A stretch of DNA of 64,000 bases, taken from the NCBI GenBank assembly GCA_951406725.2, contig OX597818.1, positions 45,446,001 through 45,510,000 of the forward strand, given 5' to 3'. How positions within the stretch are numbered: position 1 is the first letter of the stretch; every line of letters starts with the position of its first letter. The position numbers and the translations under genes were made by a program. The DNA comes from Octopus vulgaris (lineage: Eukaryota). Positions 54,688-64,000 of this stretch are shown piece by piece. The notes beneath the pieces are model-generated. The model saw nothing but the letters and a program-made list of their open reading frames with translations, was not told the DNA's origin and made no database searches.

Positions 54688-54825
54688 ATTGTCAATCGGG
54701 TGATTATAGTCCCCGTCAGTGTCTATGTATACAATTATGTGCTTTGCCTACAGCATGAGAGCGTTTTAGCTCTTATTTCTAGCAATATAGGTGCTTCTAA
54801 CAACTTAGTCACATTTAGTTACAAT

Positions 54826-55740
54826 TATATAGTTTACAATAATAGATCTCTGAACGAGATATAAACAGTAACCGCTCGACAACGTAAGGGGTATTAGCCA
54901 TCTGAATGTGGCTAGCCACTGGGGGGGGGTGTTACTGATGCTTTTAGCCCCAGGCGATCAACGTCACCAGAAGGACTTTAACCACTGTCACTGATGTAGA
55001 AAAACTGTCTGAAAACAATAATAAATCTCTGAACGAGATATAAACAGTAACCGCTCGACAACGTAAGGGGTATTAGCCATCTGAATGTGGCTAGCCACCG
55101 GGGGTGGGGGGTGTTACTGATGCTTTTAGCCCCAGGCGATCAACGTCACCAGAAGGACTTTAGACACTATCTCAGTGTCCTTGTGTTATTTGCAAAGGGA
55201 GGTCATCCTACCTCGAAGACCCGAGTACTACATACGGACTATAACACAAGGACACTGAGATACTGTCTAAAGTCCTTCTGGTGACGTTGATCGCCTGGGG
55301 CTAAAAGCATCAGTAACACCCCACCTCCCACCCCCAGTGGCTAGCCACATTCAGATGGCTAATACCTCTTACGTTGTCGAGCGGTTACTGTTTATATCTC
55401 GTTCAGAGATTTATTATTGTTTTCAGACAGTTTTTCTACATCAGTGACAGTGGTTACTGTGAAAAACATTATATATTATTTGCAAGGGGACTCCTTCATC
55501 GAAGACCGGTGCTTACCATGCGTTGACGAGAGGCAATTACCTTGAAACTATAGTCCGTATGTAGTACTCGGGTCTTCGAGGGAGGATGACCTCCCTTTGC
55601 AAATAACACAAGGACACTGAGATAGTGTCTAAAGTCCTTCTGGTGACGTTGATCGCCTGGGGCTAAAAGCATCAGTAAACACCCCCCCCAGTGGCTAGCC
55701 ACATTCAGCTGGCTAATACCCCTTACGTTATATAGTTTAC
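54826..55740. repeat. Four-copy direct/inverted repeat complex
   Basis: The unit containing GGCTAGCCAC..GCCCCAGGCGATCAACGTCACCAGAAGGACTTTA occurs twice forward (54845-55240) and twice reversed (55241-55456, 55550-55740). Confidence 0.92.
55518..55560 (+). ncRNA. Minimal type I hammerhead motif (C3U core variant)
   Basis: ATGCG-TTGACGA-gAGG caatta CCTt-GAAAC-TATA-GTC-CGTAT; 5-bp stem I, palindromic stem III, GUC site. Confidence 0.68.
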
Positions 55741-56689
55741 GTTTTTGGTAAAACATTTCAAACTGCTGTCTATATTAATTTTCCGCATGCATGCATACAT
55801 ACATACATACATACATACATACATACATACATGCATACATGCATGCATGCATTCATACATACATACATACGTACGAACGTAGGTACGTACGTACATACAT
55901 ATTTATACATATACGTGTATGTTTGTGTGTGTGTGTTTGATACACGTATACACTTGTATGTCATTTGTATTTATGTATGTATGCACGTATGGTTATGGAT
56001 GTGCATCCAGAGAACTGATAAATATAGAATTACGTGCACTGACTAAATAAATACACAGTAAAATACCTTCGATGAAATTAGAATCAAAATAACAACCGGC
56101 TGACCGTCCAGTACTTTACCCATTTAACCATCATGTCACATCAGCGGAAGAATTGAGCTCAGCACCTAAACTAACGAAACACAATATTATTATTGATTGG
56201 ATCTAAACTGTGACTGCTCATAAGACGAATTTATAGCAAGGTAGATTGAGAAGAACGGTCAGAATGATCTATTGAATGTTCTGTTATATGGGACAGGGTT
56301 CCAAGAAACGGAGTGCATAAAGAGGAAGCGGATAGCAATATTGTACTAACAAGAACAGCTCTGAAACTGAATTGCGTTTTTATATTCTCTATAATATTGG
56401 ATGTCTCTGATTCTTCTGCTAACAAGTTTTATACCGGGAGATTCCAGAGATTAAATTTGTACCTGATTAGTTTGTTTTTTATTTCTTTTACAACAGGTAT
56501 TCACGAAGCCGATTTTATAAGACACGCGATCTTGTAACACTCACACATACACATGCGCTCGCGAGCACACACATATGCGTAAAGGTTATACCGAAAGTAA
56601 TGCAAAAGTGGGAATATATTTCTTTTTAAGAGACAAAGGCCGCTCAAATAGCACATAGTGGTAGAGTAAATCTTCTTCAATAAAAAAGG

Positions 56690-57440
56690 CACTACTCAAC
56701 ATGGTCTTCACCTCAAGCGATGCATTTTTGCTATCATTGAAACATCTTCTTGAATCCTCTTTGAAAAGTTCAGGCGCGCACTGTTGCACCTACTTCTTCA
56801 CAACCACGTTCAATTCTTTTGTGTCATCAAATATTTGTCCCCCAAAATTTGTCCTTTATTGAACCGAACAGACGGGAGTAGAAGGACGCCATAATCCGGC
56901 ATGTGCGTATAACGGATCACTGACCAGTACATTTTCTGATTGCTTGATTTGTTGCCATAGACGACACAATGTGGTCATAGATGTGAATGATTTACAGGTT
57001 ATTGTTCGTTCTCTTCTTCTTAATGGCTTTTTTAAGTTTCTTAGTGTATCGCTCGTTGATCACGGTATAGTCATTTTCCCGAAAATCAAGACGAATGATG
57101 CCTTTGTTATTATGGCTTCTGTGCCGATTGCAGTCTCTTGAACTTCTTGTATGTCTTGGAGAACAAGTCTGACACCATTTCATCAAATGAGCTTTCGTTC
57201 CCGAATTATATAGATACATCCGTCTTTCATCCTCTATAAGGTAGGAAAGAAACATATCTTCGTTACCTTCAATCACTACCGACAGATTTGAATAGGTGAG
57301 CAAAACTTCCTCCTTCAAATCGGGTGTCAAACACTGAGGCACCCAATTTGCACACATTTTTTGATACCGAAAATCTTCACCTGCCATCTGTAAGGTTTTG
57401 TGACCAGAGACTAGTTGTGCAGCAAGCCCACAGATTGTGA
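56690..57440 (-). pseudogene. mariner transposase relic
   Basis: YQKMCANWVPQCLT (WVPH.L), IEDERRMYLYNSGTK (GDE.W..Y.PETK), C-terminal KCIA..EDHVE. Confidence 0.85.
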
Positions 57441-57469
57441 CTGGTCTGTCCGCGAGATCACAGCTGATG

Positions 57470-57755
57470 GTCTTCCATTGTGGGGTAGAAAGGGCTCCTT
57501 AGCCGTAGTGAAGGCAATCTATCTAGGGAGATAACCTTACAATAAATCACTCGGTCCGTAGCTTAGAAATACTGGGTTGACGTCCGGCGGGAACAGCTTT
57601 GTTTCATGGAGGAGGAAAGATCTTCTTTAGTACTTGGTTGTACAATGCTTTCCAATGTGTGTAGTAGTGGCGCGTGCACACATTAGCCATTTGAAAAGAC
57701 TATGGAATTTACAATTCCATTGTCTCGACCACGGTCGAACAATGATGATGATGAT
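57470..57755 (+). mobile_element. Short (ATG)n-tailed retroposon, RTE-related
   Basis: GGGCTCCTTAGCCGTAGTGAAGGCAATCTATCTAGGGAGA resembles an RTE 5' UTR motif as recalled; ends ACAATGATGATGATGAT. Confidence 0.45.
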
Positions 57756-58189
57756 TGTGTAGTTTGTCTTCAATGTTGGTTTCTATTACTTTAAACTTCA
57801 TCTATCTCTGCACATTGCTTTTGGAAACAATCTGGAGCCTTCAAGTAGATGCGAAACGTCTTGTAACCTTATTTTGTCAAGAATTCAATGATGGCATCGT
57901 TGCTTCTACTTAGAACCTATTATTCACCTGCAATAGAAAAGAAAAAAGAAAATTTACTCTAGAGAAAGAGTTAATCTACCAATACATGCAATTTGAACGA
58001 CCCGTGTTTGTAAAGAAAGTTATGTCAATTTTTGCATTACATGCAGTACAAACCTCCTACATGTATGTGTGTATAATACACACATGCATACATACATGCA
58101 TACATATATGTTTGTTTGTGTTTGTGTGTGTATGTGTGTGTATGTGTGTGTGTGTATGTGTGTGTGTGTTTGTGTGTGTGTGTATGTGT

Positions 58190-58821
58190 GTGTGTTGCAT
58201 CTTCTGGTGTTGCAGCTACTTTCACCATTGGGGGAAGAACTGTTCATTCCATGTTCAAGCTCCTTCTAAACCTTACAATGAAAGAATCTCAAATGTGCAA
58301 CATTTCCAAAGATTCTGCAATGGCAACAGATCTCCAACAAACTTGCCTCGTTGTCTGGGATGAGTGCACTATATCACATCGTGGTGCTCTAGCGGCACTT
58401 GACCGTACCCTCCAAGACATAAAAAACAATAGCACGCTCATGTGAGGAATAACAGTTCTTCTTGCAGGAGATTTTCGTCAAAGGTTGCCAGTTATCCCCA
58501 AAGGATCAAAAGCTGATGAGGTCAATGAATACTTACAAAAACTGTACCTTCGGGGACTTGTGAAAAAACTTCATTTTACAAGCAGCATGAGAGTATTTCT
58601 ACAAGGTGATCATACGAGCTTCTTAAGATTGGTAATTGAATATTAAGATAGGCGCAGGAGTGGCTGTGTGGTAAGTAGCTTGCTAACCAACCACATCGTT
58701 CCGGGTTCAGTCCCACTGCGTGGCACCTTGGGCAAGTGTCTTCTGCTATAGCCCCGGATCGACCAATGCCTTGTGAGTGGATTTGGTAGACGTAAACTGA
58801 AAGAAGCCCGTCGTATATATG

Positions 58822-58894
<73 letters not shown>

Positions 58895-59887
58895 TTGTGT
58901 GTCTGTGTTTGTCCCCCTATTATTGCTTGACAACCGATGCTGGTGTGTTTACGTCCCCATCACTTAGCGGTTCGGCAAAAAGAGACTGATAGAATAAGTA
59001 CTTGGCTTACAAAGAATAAGTCCCGGGGTCGATTTGCTCGACTAAAGGTGGTGCTCCAGCATGGCCGCAGTTAAATGACTGAAACAAGTAAAAGAAAAAG
59101 AAAAAAAGAAAAAATTCAACTCACGACTTCAGTTACATGAAATTACACGCGATCAATTGATACTTTCTCTTAAGGATCTAATGGATAAAGTATTTCCTAA
59201 TTTATCTAATGTAGCTCTTTCACCTGGCCATATAAACTGGCCAGGTGAAAGAGCTACACTGGCTCCAACGACTAAAATGGTTGATAAATTCAATCATGAA
59301 CTTCTTCAGAAATTAAAAGATACATCAGAAATGACTTTTCGATTAACTGACAACAGTCAATCAAGATCAGGTTGTTCAATACCCTGTTGAATTTCTGAAC
59401 ACACTCAAACCCTCTGGGATGCCACTGCATAATTTGACACTAAAACTGGGTGCTCTTGTTATGCTGCTTAGGAACCTCACCTGCGTAATGGAATTCCCTT
59501 AATTGTTACTTCCATGAAAGCCCATGTCCTACAGGCAACAATCATAACAGGTAGTCACAAAGGAGAAAATTTCTTTATTCCAAAAATTCCACTCATATCT
59601 ACAGATGTTCCATTTGAATTTAAGACGCTTCAGTTTCCAATCAAACTAAATTTTGGTATTTCAATTAACATATCTCAGGGTTAATCCCTCAAGATAGTTG
59701 GACTTGATCTCTCTAATACATGCTTCTCTCACGGCCAACTCTATGTTCGAAATTCTATAACCATTACAATTTGGATATTTTTTAATAGAATATAGATATT
59801 TTGAAATAATTATGAGAAAATATCTTTATATTTATTGTTTACTAATCTGAATGAGAACATCCTGGCAACGCCGAGTCATTCAGGTAG
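58190..59887 (+). pseudogene. Helitron PIF1-like helicase 3' portion and Helitron 3' terminus; SINE A inserted at 58650-59110
   Basis: VASSGVAA..GGRTVHSMFKL, VVWDEC, LAGDFRQ.LPVI, ERATLAP, YPVEFLN.LKPSGMP, QFPIKL.FGISIN.SQG, FSHGQLYV; hairpin CCTGGCAACGCCGAG then CAGGTAG. Confidence 0.93.
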
Positions 59888-59931
59888 TATATACATACAT
59901 ACATACATACATACATACATACATACATACA

Positions 59932-59962
<31 letters not shown>

Positions 59963-59963
<1 letters not shown>

Positions 59964-60340
59964 GACGCAGGCGTGGCTGTGTGGTAAGTAGCTTGCTTAC
60001 CAACCACATGGTCCCAGGTTCAGTCCCACTGCGTAATACCTTGGGCAAGTGTCTTCTACTATAACCTCGGGCCGACCAAGGCCTTGTGAGTGGATCTGGT
60101 AGACGGAAACTGAAAGAAGCCCGTCATGTATACATATGTATGTGTGTGTATATGTTTGTGTGTCTATTTCTCACCCCAACATCGCTTGACAACCGATGCT
60201 GGTGTTTACTTACCCGTAACTTAGATACCAATAGAATAAGTATTAAGGCCTACAAAGAATAAGTCCTGGGGTTGATTTACTCGACTAAAGCAGTGCTCCA
60301 GCATGTCCGCAATCAAATGACTGAAAGAAGTAAAAGAATA
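59963..60340 (+). mobile_element. SINE A
   Basis: Family match. Confidence 0.9.
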
Positions 60341-60379
60341 TATATGAATATATGAAGATGTAGCGTTTGGAAAGAAGTG

Positions 60380-60761
60380 GGAAGCACTCCGTCGGTTACG
60401 ACGATGAGGGTTCCGGTTGATCCGATCAACGGAACAGCCTGCTCGTGAAATTAACGTGTAAGTGGCTGAGCACTCCACAGACATGTGTACCCTTAACGTA
60501 GTTCTCGGGGATATTCAGCGTGACACAGAGAGTGACAAGGCCGGCCCTTTGAAATACAGGTACAACAGAAACAGGAAGTAAGAGTGAGAGAAAGTTGTGG
60601 TGAAAGAGTACAGCAGGATCACCACCATCCCCTGCCGGAGCCTCGTGGAGCTTTAGGTGTTTTCGCTCAATAAACACTCACAACGCCCGGTCTGGGAATC
60701 GAAATCGCGATCCTACGACCGCGAGTCCGCTGCCCTAACCACTGGGCCATTGCGCCTCCAC
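60380..60761 (-). mobile_element. SINE C, tail i, 12-bp TSD
   Basis: TSD TTGGAAAGAAGT at 60367-60378 and 60762-60773. Confidence 0.92.
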
Positions 60762-60994
60762 TTGGAAAGAAGTAACTGCAGAGTGGAAGACATAACTAAG
60801 CCACTCAGAAACGCACAGGGACCGTCATCTTCATTTACACATTTATTTATCACTAGCTTAAAAGCTGCACATCGTGCGTACTTTAAGCTAGCCCAAAACT
60901 AAACGGAGAAATAATAATAAATACCATATTGGTATCCTACCAATAAGGTACTAATTTAAAATTTCTTTTAGAATTTGAATTTTCAACTGTTTCT

Positions 60995-61228
60995 TATTTC
61001 TTTACTACCCACAACGGGCCAAACATAGAAGGGACAAACTAGGACAGACAAAGGGATTAAGTCGATTACATCGACCCCAGTGCGTAACTGGTACTTAATT
61101 TATCGACTCCGAAAGGATGAAAGGCAAAGTCGACCTCAGCGGAATTTGAACTCACAACGTAACGACAGACGAAATACCGCTAAGCATTTCGCCCGGCGCG
61201 CTAACGTTTCTGCCAGCTGGCCGCCTTA
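60995..61228 (-). mobile_element. SINE B, full length
   Basis: Family match; TSD TTTTCAACTGTT. Confidence 0.9.
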
Positions 61229-61424
61229 AACTTTTCAACTGTTAGCATATAACATGTCCTCGTCCAGACCTGATCCTAATGCTGCATGTTCAAGAATCAA
61301 ATGAAGGGCAGATTTTCAATCCCGGGATCATCCTGATTCCAAAAATGTATAATATGTCTACGTAGAGCAAATGTAGATTGAGATACAGGAGTCCGGAACA
61401 GACAGGCAGAATTTCACGTTTAGA

Positions 61425-61889
61425 CTAGCTATTTTGACCCGTGATTCGCTCGGGTTTTGGTGGTGGTGTTGTTTTGTGCGTGTTGTCTCCTTTTCCCTTT
61501 CTTCTTTTGTTCGTCTTCTTTGCATGGTTCTTTTTATTGCCCTCTTCTTTACCCACCCCCTTTTCCAAAATCCCCCAAAGTTTTACAGCCACAATTAAAG
61601 ATAACCGCCTCTAGCCCCTGCAGCAACACGAAACACCACCATTATTCAAACAGCGCAACCTGTCTATTCCATAAAACTCAATTTTTCCCATATTCCTCAC
61701 CATGGCAACCAAACGGTAGCCCCGAGCGACTTGCAACCCTTCTCACACCATTGTCCATCCCATTTTACCCTCCACTGTAAATTTTGGCGTCAATCCGACC
61801 CTATCTACCAAAACCGTTCCCATCCCAAAATGTGAGAGATAACCAAGAAATCAAACAACTTTTTCGCATTTCAGCTTTATTGATATTGA
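61425..61889 (-). mobile_element. Non-autonomous Helitron (second copy)
   Basis: Reverse complement of 48324-48789 with the same termini. Confidence 0.85.
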
Positions 61890-63249
61890 TATGGTGTCGA
61901 AATTTTCCTCGTTCGAAATTGCTTTCTGTTCGCTGACAAAAAATTGTACAGTTTGGAAAGAAGTTTCAATCAAATGACTTCTTCAGAATTCCAAAGATCA
62001 CTTTTGACCAATATACGATACATGATAATCATGGAACTGAACCATGTGCAGGTTCCTCGAATGAAAATGTTCAAGAGTATAGACTTATTTCTTATTTTAT
62101 AACGACCTCATCACTTCATGCTAACAAAACAACTGATAACTATATTTACTTCAAAGAAGCTATTCAGAGTTAAATGTTCTGGATTACCGAGAATTGTCTT
62201 TGCCATAGACATTGTACGACGCCAACGGAATGATTCCAATCTTCAGCTTTTGGGCTGCTTGTCTTTCAGACTAGCGAATCTGCTCACATGCGTTTCACTT
62301 TTCTTCTCAGTTATTGAAGTTGTATTTTTTTAATTGGAACAGTTCAACTTTTAGTTTTAATATCGAATTTTATTCCTGAGAAATTCAAAAAATTCTGCGC
62401 TGGAGATAAAATTAGTATTTACAAGTGGCTTTGACTTAATTAAAATAACTTGTACCATACTGAAGTATGGTGAGTATCGAGCATGTAGGTGAAACTTGAG
62501 AAAAATCTCAAGGATTGATATCAGAGCTACGTACTTGTAACAGATAATGTAATATGCGCTATATAGAATATGCTGCCCTAATTACAGCTTTTGCAGGCAC
62601 TTTTGTACAGACCTTACAAAACTATCCCCATTCCAGAGGCAAGAACATTCTTCAATACACTTTACTTTCGTACTAGCACACATAAGCGTGCACGCACACA
62701 CAAACGCACACACATACACACAAAGAACACATACGTAAATGAACACTTATATGAACATAGATCTCTCTCGCTATCACGCTCTTTCTCCCGCACTCTCTCT
62801 CTCCCTCTCATCTCTCATAGATCGCTCTCTCTCTCTCTCTTTCTCTCTTTCTCTCTCTCTGTACATATGTCCATATATACATATATACATATATGTATGT
62901 GTGTATGTACGTATTATGTATGTATTAGACATACGTATGCAGTTAGCTATGCGTATTACATCCACTCATCTTCACTGATATACACGCATCTTCACACATA
63001 TACACAAGCATATATAAATATATATATATATATATATGCCCACATACATACGTTCATATATACATATGGCTTAATGTCGGTGGTTTGACTGGCCGAAACT
63101 TTGAAGTCACTATCTATATTTTTGTTTAAGAATTACAAACGTGTTCTACATTTAAGAGATGAGGAATTATTTACATTATTTACGTTATTTACATTTGCAT
63201 TTGACGGATATTTGTCCTCACCTTGTTTGTTGATACGCCATATGCCCGT

Positions 63250-63331
63250 GGGCATATGGCGTAGTGGTTAAGAGCGCGGGCTACTAACCCCAAGATTCCG
63301 AGTTCGATTCCAAGCAGTGACCTGAATTTTG

Positions 63332-63364
<33 letters not shown>

Positions 63365-63504
63365 TCGGAGAATACCTTAGGAATGAGAACGCAGGTTCGA
63401 AATTTCTCCAAGACACCTGCTGAAGGCTGGAGGGTATATCAGCCGAAACGTTGTATTAACAACAAAGATGAGGACAAATATACGTCAAATGTAAATAATG
63501 TAAA

Positions 63505-63508
<4 letters not shown>
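63250..63508 (+). mobile_element. tRNA-headed SINE-like element carrying a hammerhead-like 3' module
   Basis: A box TGGCGTAGTGG, B box GAGTTCGATTCC, (TAA)n linker, hammerhead-like motif, TGTAAATAA repeats, then (TA)n. Confidence 0.72.
63412..63457 (+). ncRNA. Minimal type I hammerhead-like motif (A6C in this copy)
   Basis: GACAC-CTGCTGA-aGGCTG gagggtatat CAGCC-GAAAC-GTT-GTATT. Confidence 0.55.
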
Positions 63509-63548
<40 letters not shown>

Positions 63549-63557
63549 CGTATATAC

Positions 63558-63608
<51 letters not shown>

Positions 63609-63808
63609 TATATGAGATTGTCAAGAAAGTTCTTGTGGAAGTTTTAATTTTGGCTTTAATGATGTATTTTCAAATTAATTTTCGTTAAATTACTTTGACT
63701 TTATATATCATTTTAAAGCCCGTTTTTCGCTCTATCTAATTGTGTTACTCTTTTCATTTTGAATAATTCGGCCATTTTTTTTTTTTTTTTCGGTACGTTG
63801 AATACAAC

Positions 63809-64000
63809 ATGGACAAAAAGCAGACTCGCACAATTTTCTTATTCGAGCTCAAGCTAAGCCGAAAACTGCTGAAACAGCTCACGATATCAACGATGCATTT
63901 GGCCCAGGAACCACTAATGAACGTACAGCACAATGGTGATTCAAGAAATTTCGTAGCGGTGACGAGAGTCTTCAAGATGATAGGCGTAGTGGTCGGCCAT
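63809..64000 (+). pseudogene. mariner (Hsmar1/cecropia-like) transposase N-terminus, runs off window
   Basis: MDKKQTRTIFLFELKL..TAETAHDINDAFGPGTTNERTAQW*FKKFRSGDESLQDDRRSGRP with one frameshift and one stop. Confidence 0.92.

Noticed and set aside
57826-57864. Possible hammerhead ACAA..GAAACGTC-TTGT
   Set aside because: No CUGANGA core in register and no stem II.
58512-58530. CTGATGAG core
   Set aside because: Encodes ADE within the Helitron helicase; no GAAA or stems follow.
63250-63325. tRNA gene (also the SINE heads at 30837, 37672, 60761)
   Set aside because: A and B boxes are present, but there is no proper acceptor stem or oligo-T terminator; they run into repeat bodies.
63809-64000. 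Host SETMAR gene
   Set aside because: Transposase part only, with a stop and frameshift and no SET domain; a free mariner copy.

Overview
AT-rich eukaryotic DNA packed with microsatellites and transposon debris. No intact host gene, rRNA or true tRNA is supported, and almost all track ORFs are translations of (TA)n/(CA)n/(TACA)n arrays or SINE bodies. The repeat repertoire resembles a cephalopod (Octopus-like) genome; this is an inference from SINE architecture. Contents: three abundant tRNA-headed SINE families (here A, B, C) with swapped tail modules; decayed R4/Dong, Tx1/L1-like, CR1/L2-like, RTE-like and Penelope-like (GIY-YIG) retroelements; three Tc1/mariner transposase relics; a Helitron helicase pseudogene plus two non-autonomous Helitrons; and several MITEs. 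The most notable signal is seven minimal type I hammerhead ribozyme motifs (CUGANGA-like core, stem II, GAAAC, palindromic stem III, NUH, closing stem I) in six unrelated short non-coding elements. These sit in or next to (TA)n tracts, often as inverted duplications, and one is fused behind a tRNA-like Pol III head. Second, a SINE B subfamily appears to prefer an ATACC target that also occurs in its own head, which would explain its head-to-tail arrays.
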